Of a stretch of DNA of 64,000 nt, positions 21,466 to 30,161 are shown piece by piece (the stretch's first letter is position 1; each line of letters starts with the position of its first letter). Both the position numbers and the translations under genes were made by a program. The DNA comes from a virus, in the IMG/VR virus record IMGVR_UViG_3300049460_000157, positions 1 through 64,000 of that record; one strand, 5' to 3'. The notes beneath the pieces were generated by a model. That model was not told the origin of the DNA. It saw only the letters and a list, made by a program, of their open reading frames with translations, and ran no database searches.

Positions 21466-22142
21466 CAGATTTCTTTGGCCTCCACATCAATGATCCGTTG
21501 ACCGGCGATCTCTTTCGCCGTCACACCGGAGAGAATCAGGTTGCGTTGCTGTTCGGCCAGTTTCCCGAGCATGTCCTTCATCTCGGTCATGCCACTGGAC
21601 TCCTTCATGTCGATGTTGATCAGCGGGCCGGCTTCCTTCGGCTTGGCCAGGTGCGTGAGGATCGAGTTGGCTGCGTCCGTGCGCACCTTCTCCGACACCG
21701 CCTCGACCATCAGCTTGGCCTGCACGTTCAGGGCTTTCTGGTACAGATCCTGGTTGAGCACCCAGCTCGGCACGAGCGACTGTTCCAGGATCAGGTTGAC
21801 GAGCTTGCCCTTGGCGTACGCGGACACGTACGCGGAGATGTCCTTCTCGCTGGTTCCCTTGGCCATCAGGTTGGCCATGCGGCTCGGGAACGTCTTGAAG
21901 TAGGCGTCCTTGTTCGAGTCGCCCATCAGCTTGTAGCTGACGAAGGCCACCGCGTGGACGTAGTCCTCGGTCTTGAACTTGCCGTCCTTCAGCACCGCGG
22001 TGTAGCTGATGAAGTTGTTGCGCACCTGCTCGGCAATCAGCGGATCGGCGGCGATGTTGTTCACCAGATCCACCAGCTGCGGCGTGATCGCACTCTTCAG
22101 GTTCGCGGGTACCGCCCGCTCGACGATTTCTTTGGTTAGCAC
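21465..22142 (-). CDS. N4 gp69-like protein (probable terminase small subunit)
   Basis: 225 aa; 'YVHAVAFVSYKLMG', 'SEKVRTDAANSILTHL'. Confidence 0.75.
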   Translation of the reverse strand: MLTKEIVERAVPANLKSAITPQLVDLVNNIAADPLIAEQVRNNFISYTAVLKDGKFKTEDYVHAVAFVSYKLMGDSNKDAYFKTFPSRMANLMAKGTSEKDISAYVSAYAKGKLVNLILEQSLVPSWVLNQDLYQKALNVQAKLMVEAVSEKVRTDAANSILTHLAKPKEAGPLINIDMKESSGMTEMKDMLGKLAEQQRNLILSGVTAKEIAGQRIIDVEAKEI

Positions 22143-22207
22143 TTCTTCTTCCCCGTTAACTGGCGAGGGGCACCGGAGTGCCCCACGTTTTCAGCCTGTC
22201 GTTACTG

Positions 22208-23023
22208 TCAGGCGGCTGCCTTGAACTTCGCCGCTTCCTTCTCTTCCGCCCGCTTGAGCCGGCGCTGCAGGTACCAGAGGTAATCCTCCATGCCACCCGA
22301 CTGCTTGAGCAGCTCGCGCCGCTCGATGTCCGGCAGTGCCTCGTAGTCCGGCGTCAGCAGGAAGGTCTTCAGCTTGGTGAGGCGCTCGCCCAGTTCTTCG
22401 GCCTCGACCTTCATGCGCTCGATGAAAGTCGTCTTGCGGGGTTCGGCGCCGACCGTGTAGGCCTTCTCGAATACATCCCTGGGTGACCAGGAGATGTAGC
22501 CGGCAAAGCCTTCGACGTTCGGCTTGCCGCCGTCCGTGTACTCGACGAGGTAGCCCGGCGTTTCCGGATCCTCGTTCTCGGGGATCGTCCAGCCGCGCAC
22601 GGCGTTGTAGGTGCCCAGGTTCATCGGCACGCCGCGGACCACCTTGGTGCCGACATACGTCAGCGGACGGGAGCCAAGGAGGGAAACGATCGCTCCGGTT
22701 GCCGGCCCTGCCCGGTCGATCAGCTCCAGCTTGCGGGCCAGCTCGAAACCGAGCAGCGGCCAGATCTGACCGACCGCATCCTTCTTCGCCAGCTCGCGCC
22801 CGATGTCCGGGTTGAAGTTTTCCTTGCTCACGCAGCTCGACTTGCCGACCGAGCTGAAGCGGCCACCGGCCATCGACAGCTGGGCAATCGTGGTCGTGCC
22901 ATCCTGGAGCAGCGTGTAGCTCTCGTCCTGGATCGCGGCCATGACCTGTTCAAGGGTCACGCGGGGAGCAACGGCAGCGGCCGCCAGTTGTGCTTCGGTG
23001 ATAGGTGCATGCGGTGCATTCAT
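22208..23023 (-). CDS. Three-domain fusion: Gp49/Sf6-gp66-like + 'GY..EY..G..ISWSP..VFEKAY' domain + helical hairpin domain; candidate anti-defence protein
   Basis: 'APRVT...VGKSSCVSKENFNPDIGRELA...IWPLLGF'; 'YVGTKVV...WSPRDVFEKAY'; 'ERMKVEAEELGERLTKLKTF...LQRRL'. Confidence 0.65.
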   Translation of the reverse strand: MNAPHAPITEAQLAAAAVAPRVTLEQVMAAIQDESYTLLQDGTTTIAQLSMAGGRFSSVGKSSCVSKENFNPDIGRELAKKDAVGQIWPLLGFELARKLELIDRAGPATGAIVSLLGSRPLTYVGTKVVRGVPMNLGTYNAVRGWTIPENEDPETPGYLVEYTDGGKPNVEGFAGYISWSPRDVFEKAYTVGAEPRKTTFIERMKVEAEELGERLTKLKTFLLTPDYEALPDIERRELLKQSGGMEDYLWYLQRRLKRAEEKEAAKFKAAA

Positions 23024-23283
23024 CTTGCTGGTCCCTTTTCTGTTCGGTAGTCCACAAATAGACTGAATATAGTTTAGAGTCTATTTAGATAATAGTCTAT
23101 ACTTCCTCAAACAAATCTCTATTCCATATGGGAATGGGAGGGCGTCAGCTATGGCTGCTTCGCAACAGGAAGGGGAAAAACAGAAAAACCGAGAAAAATC
23201 TTTCCACCAAGTTACCTTGGTGTTAACCTGGCTTTGCGTTTCCTTCCGAAAGCGGAAACGTGGTTGATGGGCTGGTGATGTGG

Positions 23284-23454
23284 CCTTCGTCTTGACCCCA
23301 GTGGAGAGTGGGGCTAATAACTTCCACAGTTGAGGCTGTCAGACTCCTTCACACCTTCGGGTGTGCGCTTCACGACAAGTGACTCAACCCGGTGTCTGTA
23401 TCGGTCAAGCAGAGGAAAGCCGAGAACACCCCCGCATGTGTTCTCGGCTTTTTT
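23284..23454 (+). ncRNA. Candidate structured ncRNA with terminator
   Basis: Nested stems cttgacc/ggtcaag, gttgag/ctcaac, cacacc-UUCG-ggtgtg; 14-bp terminator stem plus U-run. Confidence 0.5.
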
Positions 23455-23569
23455 GTGTCTACGACCTCTAAGTTATATCTAAGCGGCCGCTCACCTTCCA
23501 CTGAAGACCTGTTCTGTCTGGCTCAGGACAGACAGTTAGTTGCATCACTGGAGCCAAGGGAAAGAAGGA

Positions 23570-23812
23570 TCAGCCGGCATCAGCATTAACCCGGCTCACC
23601 AGCACCTGGATCTGGGCTGCGTCTCCCTCAGTCTGATAGCCCATGGTCAGCATTTCCCAGTACATCTGCACGCCCAGGGCCATGCCCTTGAGCAACCGGA
23701 TCGTGTACTCGTCCGTCTCCTTATCCGCCTGGTCCGCATAGCGCCTGAGCTGCTTCTCAGTCGCCGCGGTGATCTCTTCGTAAGTCCACATCCTGACGCT
23801 CTGGATACTCAT
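23570..23812 (-). CDS. Hypothetical protein
   Basis: 80 aa with AGGAGG RBS. Confidence 0.7.
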   Translation of the reverse strand: MSIQSVRMWTYEEITAATEKQLRRYADQADKETDEYTIRLLKGMALGVQMYWEMLTMGYQTEGDAAQIQVLVSRVNADAG

Positions 23813-24005
23813 ACGACCTCCTAGTTATGTCGCGTATAGGGTAAAATTTCGCCCAAATTTTTTGGGGAAAGGGTTCGGCAGAAAGTGATAGGTACGTCTC
23901 ACTGCAGGGTTGGGCCTCTGGCCCTACACCTTACACATACACTACCCCCCCGGTCATTCCGGGATGGTGGGATCTAGGTGCCACCCCTTGTTATCACGCA
24001 TACAC

Positions 24006-24026
24006 GGGCGCTCCGCGCCTTGTGGA
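24006..24026 (+). promoter_or_regulatory. N4-type vRNAP hairpin promoter (P1-like)
   Basis: GGGCGC-TCC-GCGCCTTGTGGA: 5-bp stem, template loop GGA; matches the N4 promoter pattern AAGC-TCC-GCTTCTTTTGGA. Confidence 0.85.
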
Positions 24027-24063
24027 TATCCGTCCATAACCTGTACTTACTTGGAGTTTGACC

Positions 24064-24369
24064 ATGGCAAACCTTCGTCTCACGCTCGGCGCTGTATTCG
24101 GTGCAGTTACTGGTGCTGCTGATGCAGTCACCAACACCCTCAACGCTGCCAACACTGGTGTGGCAATGCTGAGTCGTTCTGTCTCTGATGCTAGTGAGCG
24201 TCAGGTTGTACGTGCTGGCTTCGACAGCAAGGTCTTCAAGGCTACTGTCAAGCAGGAAAAGGCTAAGGAACTGACTGTGTCTCGTCTGGAGATCAAGCAG
24301 TTCATTGCTCAGTCTGCTGATCATGCAACTTTGTACGAAGCTGCGTTCAACGAACTCGAAGCTGCCTAA
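24064..24369 (+). CDS. First early protein (N4 gp1-like)
   Basis: 101 aa directly after hairpin promoter; GGAG RBS. Confidence 0.65.
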   Translation: MANLRLTLGAVFGAVTGAADAVTNTLNAANTGVAMLSRSVSDASERQVVRAGFDSKVFKATVKQEKAKELTVSRLEIKQFIAQSADHATLYEAAFNELEAA

Positions 24370-24558
24370 ACGTAGGCTAAACGCTGGCCACCTCGGTGGT
24401 CAGCAAACCTACTTCGTAGATAGCTATGCGCACAGTTAACTGATAGTTGACTGTTAGTTAACTGCTACCCAAGGACTGATAGCTCAGGTCACTCATCCAT
24501 GAGTTGAGCTTTCGGTCTTTTTTATTCACCACTATTAGATATAAGTTTGAGGTACACC

Positions 24559-24762
24559 ATGAGCAACATCGTCAACGTGATCTGCATCCTGCTGTTCATC
24601 TTCATTGGTATCGGGTTCATCGGTTGGGGCTGTGCCCAGATGATGTACATCGTGCCCTACTTCAATCGCTGGAGCGACCTGTTCGGGTTGCTCTTTGGCA
24701 CAGCCTTCATTGGGCTGGCCTACCTGGCTTACCTGGATTCATCCCTTCAACGCCATTTCTAG
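24559..24762 (+). CDS. Small two-TM membrane protein
   Basis: 67 aa, two hydrophobic helices; GAGG RBS. Confidence 0.65.
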   Translation: MSNIVNVICILLFIFIGIGFIGWGCAQMMYIVPYFNRWSDLFGLLFGTAFIGLAYLAYLDSSLQRHF

Positions 24763-24772
24763 GAGGCCATTC

Positions 24773-25105
24773 ATGGCTGCTACTGCTCAGGAAATATTCC
24801 AGTTCCCGACACCGCCAACACTCATTGGCCAGCTTCGGGTGGACTGTGAGAAGTTGCTCGAACGTACCCGTGAAGCCCTGCTGGAAGCACGGGATGAAAC
24901 GGATGTGCGCTGGATCCGTGATGCTGCGATCCGCTCGCTCAAGGACATCTTCAAGGATGTTCCGACATTCAATGATCCATATGTCCTGCTCAAGCTAGAC
25001 ACGCTCGAGCTCGTCGACAGCGAATGCGCCATAGGTCACTGCAATGCCCTGATCCGCACACGCAAGTGGCGCAAGGCATTGATTACACGCTACTTCGGAG
25101 TCTGA
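24773..25105 (+). CDS. Hypothetical early protein
   Basis: AGGAGG RBS, 110 aa. Confidence 0.7.
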   Translation: MAATAQEIFQFPTPPTLIGQLRVDCEKLLERTREALLEARDETDVRWIRDAAIRSLKDIFKDVPTFNDPYVLLKLDTLELVDSECAIGHCNALIRTRKWRKALITRYFGV

Positions 25106-25107
25106 GC

Positions 25108-25293
25108 ATGCAGGTCTACACCTCGGCATTCGTGCAAGGGATGCTCGACGCACGCACGGAGTTCGATCTGCGTGTGCGTGATCCGGAAAACAAAACAGTG
25201 GTCTGTCCGTTCGATCCGTCCACCGAGTCACAGCAATGGGACTACTGGTGGGAGGGCTACAACGCTCACCGTGATCCCAAGATCGTCACCTGA
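25108..25293 (+). CDS. Hypothetical early protein
   Basis: 61 aa, 'CPFD...WWEGYN'. Confidence 0.6.
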   Translation: MQVYTSAFVQGMLDARTEFDLRVRDPENKTVVCPFDPSTESQQWDYWWEGYNAHRDPKIVT

Positions 25294-25309
25294 TTTCAAC
25301 ACGTAGTTG

Positions 25310-25330
25310 TGCCGCTCCGCGGCTTTTGGT
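25310..25330 (+). promoter_or_regulatory. N4-type vRNAP hairpin promoter (P2-like)
   Basis: TGCCGC-TCC-GCGGCTTTTGGT; same architecture as 24006; upstream of gp2. Confidence 0.85.
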
Positions 25331-25401
25331 TGGGGTCTCAGATCGAGACCCAATTTCTACTCTCTCTCAGTTAACTAGACATATCTTTGGAGTAATACAT
25401 C

Positions 25402-25815
25402 ATGGGCGTCAATTTCGAAGCAAAAGATTTCGCAACCACGTTCGGCGCAAACAAGAACAAGTCGTCGGCCGCGGCCAATCAGGACCGTCCGAAGTCGGAG
25501 TTCTGGCTGAACATCGGCTACGTGGCCGAGGGTGCAGGCAAGGACGGTGACGACGCATTCGTGTCGCTGCCGGTCGGCATCCCGCTGGACACGCAGGAAA
25601 AGCTCAAGACCAACTCCAGCAATGCGGAGTTCGCCCAGCTTCAGGCTGCACGCAACGACCTGCTGGATCAGCTGCTGGAGTTCGCCAAGACGCTGAAGCC
25701 CGGCCAGGACGAGGTCTTCAACATCCAGGTGCAGATCCGTCGCATCAAGGAAGACACGCCGGTCAGCGTCGGTGAGGACAACAAGTTCGCACGCAAGCTG
25801 GCGTTTGCAGCGTAA
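25402..25815 (+). CDS. ssDNA-binding RNAP II coactivator (N4 gp2/Drc-like)
   Basis: 'KSEFWLNIGY', 'FVSLPVGIPLD', 'ARNDLLDQL...LKPG', 'IQVQIRRI'. Confidence 0.8.
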   Translation: MGVNFEAKDFATTFGANKNKSSAAANQDRPKSEFWLNIGYVAEGAGKDGDDAFVSLPVGIPLDTQEKLKTNSSNAEFAQLQAARNDLLDQLLEFAKTLKPGQDEVFNIQVQIRRIKEDTPVSVGEDNKFARKLAFAA

Positions 25816-25830
25816 ACACAACGTCAGGTC

Positions 25831-25868
25831 AGGAGGAGTGTGGCTATAATGCCACGCTCTTCCTATTT
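25831..25868 (+). terminator. Hairpin/terminator after gp2
   Basis: aggaggagtgtggc-tataat-gccacgctcttcct. Confidence 0.55.
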
Positions 25869-25946
25869 AACTCTAATTGGATAGTCAGCTATCTAAAACC
25901 TAAGTTGGATAGGCAGGAGCATTTCGACGAAGACAACCTAAAGGAT

Positions 25947-26276
25947 ATGACTGTGAAGAAGCTGCTGATTTCGATGCTCGTTTTGCTGCCCCTGACTGCT
26001 CACGCAGATCTGGTCGCTTACACCACCAATGAGAGCAACGGACGCATCGAACTGCTGGACTCCACAGTCCCGGCGAGTCTCTGGAACATCCCTGGATGCA
26101 TCAAGGCTCACGTCGCCCATGTCTGGGGCGATGGGATCGATGACATCTACGGATGCTGGATTGCTTCCAGTGACACGGTCACGGTCACCTATCCGGGCGT
26201 CGGTCAGCGTACCTACGCAAGGACCAGATTTACGTTCAAAACCCACCCTACCCCAACCAGCAAGGAAACGATGTGA
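25947..26276 (+). CDS. Exported protein with signal peptide
   Basis: MTVKKLLISMLVLLPLTAHA|D signal peptidase I pattern; two Cys. Confidence 0.65.
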   Translation: MTVKKLLISMLVLLPLTAHADLVAYTTNESNGRIELLDSTVPASLWNIPGCIKAHVAHVWGDGIDDIYGCWIASSDTVTVTYPGVGQRTYARTRFTFKTHPTPTSKETM

Positions 26277-26812
26277 TTAACAAGAAGCTCAGCTACGCCG
26301 GCATTGGGCCGCGCAACACACCGCTCGAGGTGTGTGAGCAGATGGTGCATGTGGCGAAACAGATGGACGAGCAGGGCTGGATTGTCAGATCCGGCCACGC
26401 ACAGGGCGCCGACCAGGCATGGGCCTGTGGTCATGCGCCTGAGAACCGTGAGATCTATCTGCCGTGGCACAGCTTCAACATCGTGGGTGAGCTGCCAGCC
26501 GGATTCCAGGTGAGTCCGGTCACACCGCAGCTCGAGGCCGTGGCCCGAGTTGCCCATCGTGGCTGGGACAATCTCAGACAGGGTGGCCAGAAACTGATGA
26601 TGAGAAACGTCTCGATCATCCTCGGCCACAACCTGGACGATCCGGTCCAGTTCGTGGCGTACTGGTCACCGCAGCGCAAGGTTCAGGGCGGCACAGGTAA
26701 CGCTGTGCATCTCGCATCACTCTATGGCATCCCGAGTTTCAACATCGCGTTCGAAGAAGACCAGCAGGGCATGTCCTCATTCGTCGACTCGTTGCACGAA
26801 GGATGCACATGA
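26273..26812 (+). CDS. SLOG/DprA-like Rossmann-fold protein
   Basis: 'YAGIGPRNTP', 'RSGHAQGADQAW', 'GGTGNAV'. Confidence 0.75.
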   Translation: MINKKLSYAGIGPRNTPLEVCEQMVHVAKQMDEQGWIVRSGHAQGADQAWACGHAPENREIYLPWHSFNIVGELPAGFQVSPVTPQLEAVARVAHRGWDNLRQGGQKLMMRNVSIILGHNLDDPVQFVAYWSPQRKVQGGTGNAVHLASLYGIPSFNIAFEEDQQGMSSFVDSLHEGCT

Positions 26813-26843
26813 CGTAATCAATAAAAAAGCAGGAGAGCGGCCG

Positions 26844-27155
26844 ATGTCCAATCCGAGCCCCAAGGAAGTGCTGGAAGTATTGCGAATGTCCGAAGAACAG
26901 ATGATGAAGGTTGACATCATCACCCTGTACCAGGCGTTTTACGCGTTGCCTACCCACTATCCGCTGGCCATGTGCAATGCACAGACCGGTAAAGGGTTCG
27001 AGAAGCTGAACGAAGTTGAGCGCTCCATCGCAACACGTATCGTGAAAGCCGTGCAACACCGCTGTCCCATGCCGAAGGTTGAACGCTGGAAGAAGTTCGA
27101 AGCGCCTGCGGCGAATGACTCAGCACCGCCAAAGCTGCGCATCACGCATCACTAG
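26844..27155 (+). CDS. Hypothetical protein
   Basis: AGGAG RBS, 103 aa. Confidence 0.6.
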   Translation: MSNPSPKEVLEVLRMSEEQMMKVDIITLYQAFYALPTHYPLAMCNAQTGKGFEKLNEVERSIATRIVKAVQHRCPMPKVERWKKFEAPAANDSAPPKLRITHH

Positions 27156-27204
27156 AACAATCAGATCTTGCCCTTAGTGTCACGTCATCAATAAGGACTA
27201 CTAC

Positions 27205-27396
27205 GTGAAGAACTACCAGCAGACACCGAAGCAACGCCGGATCCAGAAGAAGAAACTGGAGCTGAGCAAGCGTGCGGCCGCACATTGCAAGCCGCACTTC
27301 ACTCCGCGGGAAAGCTGGACTTCGCGCAAGAAGGTGGGCGGTGTGCCGATGGCCATCCTCGACCACAAACAGCACGTTTATCACGGCTGGTGGTGA
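27205..27396 (+). CDS. Small basic hypothetical protein
   Basis: TAAGGA RBS, GTG start. Confidence 0.5.
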   Translation: MKNYQQTPKQRRIQKKKLELSKRAAAHCKPHFTPRESWTSRKKVGGVPMAILDHKQHVYHGWW

Positions 27397-27599
27397 GCCA
27401 TGAGCCGATCACCATTCTGCGAATGCGATGGCTCGTTCGGTCACGAGTGTGGCGTCTGCATCACTGAGCGTCAGGACGCTGAAGCCGAGCGTCGATGGAA
27501 TTAGCACAATCCCATCCACTGCATCTGCCCGGAAAGCGCTGCCTATCACACCCATGCCTGTAACCAGCAGGACTGGTCAAAGAACCAGGGACATTAGCC

Positions 27600-27886
27600 A
27601 TGGACAAGAAAGTCGCATTCGTCACCGATGTCCGCATCGTCGCATCCGATGACATCTGGCCCACAGAGTTCAGCCTGTGGGGCTTCTTCATGCTGCAAGG
27701 ACTCATCGTTGTGGACTGCCCACAGGCCGCGGCGATGGCAAGAAGTTCCTGCCTGGTGAAGAGGTGCGCAGCACCAAGCTGATTCGCATGGACCCGGACA
27801 AAAACGAGTTCGAGACCATGAACACCATCTACAAGGTCGTCCCCAATGCACATGTCGATGTGTACCGGATGACCGATCCAACCTGA
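27600..27886 (+). pseudogene. Apparently frameshifted small phage gene
   Basis: N-half MDKKVAF...GLIVVDCP in one frame; C-half GDGKKF..GEEVRSTKL...FETMNTIYKV in another. Confidence 0.45.
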
Positions 27887-27900
27887 ACCAGGGAGCAAAG

Positions 27901-28284
27901 ATGCAATCGACGCTGCTCAGCCGCAGGGAGATCAACGATCTCTACCTCGGCAAATGTGAAATACCGGCCCAGTCCGAACTGCTCACCCAGTTCTACCGTG
28001 TGTACGCCGGCTGGCTGGTTGCAGGCGCACCGGAAGGAGTCATCTTCACCCGCTCGTCGGGACTGTGCCAGAACCTGAAGATGTACCTGCTGCAGACCGG
28101 CAAGAGCGATCGCCAGACCGTCACTGAGCTGGGGATGGAGATGCGCAGGCAGTTCATCAACGCACGGCGCAACGATGCCTATCCGTTCGATGGCCACTCG
28201 GACAGCTACCAGCGTTCTGCTGGCGAGCGCAACTGCCACGCAAACGAAAACCGTATCAAGTGGGTGAATGAACATGCCGAATGA
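27901..28284 (+). CDS. Hypothetical protein
   Basis: 127 aa, GGAG RBS. Confidence 0.65.
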   Translation: MQSTLLSRREINDLYLGKCEIPAQSELLTQFYRVYAGWLVAGAPEGVIFTRSSGLCQNLKMYLLQTGKSDRQTVTELGMEMRRQFINARRNDAYPFDGHSDSYQRSAGERNCHANENRIKWVNEHAE

Positions 28285-28606
28285 ACTGATGGTCGTCAAC
28301 AAACACCACGGACAGTGGCCGAATCGACGCTATGTCTACATCGGTCGACCGTCACCGTTAGGCAACCCACATGCAATGGGTGGTGAGAGAACACGGGAAG
28401 AGGTCATCTATCTCTTCAAGGAAGACCTGCAGAAGAAGCTCGAAGCAGGTGATGAGGCTGTCATCAATGAACTGGAGCGCATTGGAGCAATGGTCATGGA
28501 CAACTCAGGTGAGCCTGTGTGTCTGGTGTGCTTCTGTGCACCGAAAGCCTGTCACGGTGATGTGATCAAGAAGGTCATCGAAGAAGCCATCAAGGAGATC
28601 GCGTGA
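28274..28606 (+). CDS. DUF4326-like protein
   Basis: 'YVYIGRPSPLGNP', 'LVCFCAPKACHGDVI'. Confidence 0.8.
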   Translation: MPNELMVVNKHHGQWPNRRYVYIGRPSPLGNPHAMGGERTREEVIYLFKEDLQKKLEAGDEAVINELERIGAMVMDNSGEPVCLVCFCAPKACHGDVIKKVIEEAIKEIA

Positions 28607-28992
28607 ACAACAAACCCATTTTCGTCTTCGGATCCAACGAGGCAGGCATCCACGGTGCCGGCGCAGCCAAGACCGCATACCAGAAACACGGTGCACGCTG
28701 GAACATGGGCTACGGCCACTATGGCGACTCGTTCGCCATTCCCACCAAGGACTGCCACATCAAGACGTTGCCGCTCGAGCGGGTGCGCGATTACGTGACA
28801 GGCTTCCTTGCCTATGCACGCGGCAACCTCGATCGCCAGTTCCAGGTAACACGAATCGGTTGTGGCCTGGCCGGCTACCACGATGTCGACATTGCCCAGC
28901 TCTTCAAGCATGCACCGGAGAACTGCCACTTCGACGATCTCTGGAAGCCGTACCTACCGGATCAGATGAACTTCTGGGGAACATTCGCATGA
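28603..28992 (+). CDS. Conserved phage protein (macro-like 'IFVFGSN..GIHGAGAA' family)
   Basis: 'IFVFGSNEAGIHGAGAA', 'FAIPTK', 'VTRIGCGLAG'. Confidence 0.7.
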   Translation: MNNKPIFVFGSNEAGIHGAGAAKTAYQKHGARWNMGYGHYGDSFAIPTKDCHIKTLPLERVRDYVTGFLAYARGNLDRQFQVTRIGCGLAGYHDVDIAQLFKHAPENCHFDDLWKPYLPDQMNFWGTFA

Positions 28993-29177
28993 GCAACGCA
29001 GCCATCAAAGAGGACTTCATCCTCGAATCGGCCTATGGCCACAAGATCATGAGCTTCCCGACTGCGGAGAAAGCTCGTGAGTGGGCCGAACAGCGCCGTG
29101 AGACAGCCAAGGGTGTCATCCCGGCTGTGCGTCTGGTCAAGAAAACCGTCATCGAAGAGGAAATGGGCCATGTCTGA
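28989..29177 (+). CDS. Hypothetical protein
   Basis: 62 aa, overlapping start/stop with neighbours. Confidence 0.6.
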   Translation: MSNAAIKEDFILESAYGHKIMSFPTAEKAREWAEQRRETAKGVIPAVRLVKKTVIEEEMGHV

Positions 29178-30000
29178 TTCCGGCATTCAAGCAAAGCGTG
29201 CTGCACACCAGATCGAACTCGAGCGGCTCTTCAGCAAGAACCAGCTCATGCAGCGGATCCGGGCCGAATTCAGCGAGTGTGCTGCGTTCGACTTCAAGGT
29301 TTATCTGAAGGAGCAGGACATCCCCGAAGACTTCGGCATCGAGCTGCTCGCCCAGATGGCGCTGCACAAGCGTGCTGACCTGCCGACCATGGTTGGCTGT
29401 CTGCGCCACCTGTGCGCCACCTCACAGGAATGTGCTGACCTGCTGCTCAAGTGTGCGATGGCGGATCTGATGGACTGGTCCCCTACCCTGCGCATCTTCG
29501 TGGTCAAATTCACGATCAGTGCTGATGTGCAGACTGACATCGACCGGTTCCAGTATCCGCTGCCGATGGTCGTCGAGCCCAAGGAAGTGAAGTCCAACAA
29601 GCAGTCAGGCTACTTCCTGAACAACAACAGCATCATCCTGAAGAACAACCACCATGACGATGATGTGTGTCTCGACCACATCAACCGCATGAACCGTGTG
29701 AAGTTCAAAGTCAACTTCGACACGGCCAGCATGATCAAGAACCAGTGGAGGAACCTTGACAAGCCCAAGGATGGAGAAACAACAGCGGACTTCGAACGGC
29801 GAGTACGCGCTTTCAACAAATACGACAAGACTGCTCATGATGTCATCGGCGTACTTATTCAGCACGGAAACGAGTTCCACAGTACCCACAGGTACTGCAA
29901 ACGTGGCCGGACCTATTGCCAGGGATATCACGTCAACTACCAGGGAACAGCCTGGAACAAAGCCGTGATCGAGTTCGCGGCCGGCGAGGTGACGAGGTGA
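29170..30000 (+). CDS. RNA polymerase II subunit 1 (N4 gp15-like)
   Basis: 'LERLFSKNQ', 'QYPLPMVVEP', 'KRGRTYCQGYHVNYQG..WNKAVIEF'. Confidence 0.9.
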   Translation: MSDSGIQAKRAAHQIELERLFSKNQLMQRIRAEFSECAAFDFKVYLKEQDIPEDFGIELLAQMALHKRADLPTMVGCLRHLCATSQECADLLLKCAMADLMDWSPTLRIFVVKFTISADVQTDIDRFQYPLPMVVEPKEVKSNKQSGYFLNNNSIILKNNHHDDDVCLDHINRMNRVKFKVNFDTASMIKNQWRNLDKPKDGETTADFERRVRAFNKYDKTAHDVIGVLIQHGNEFHSTHRYCKRGRTYCQGYHVNYQGTAWNKAVIEFAAGEVTR

Positions 30001-30161
30001 ACGAGCCCAAACAACATACCTGGGTGCAGGGCAAGGATCTCGGTTTCAAGGAAACAAGTCATTTGCACAATGCGCTAGTCTGCAAAGAATGTGGCGTGCT
30101 ACGCCGTCCTGATGGTGGCAACGGCCAGTGTCGTGGCCCCATCAAGGTAGGCCTGCGATGA
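29997..30161 (+). CDS. Small Cys-containing hypothetical protein
   Basis: 54 aa, CxxC, translationally coupled. Confidence 0.5.
   Translation: MNEPKQHTWVQGKDLGFKETSHLHNALVCKECGVLRRPDGGNGQCRGPIKVGLR

Noticed and set aside
25845-25850. TATAAT as a sigma70 -10 box
   Set aside because: Sits in the loop of a terminator-like hairpin with no convincing -35; not supportable.
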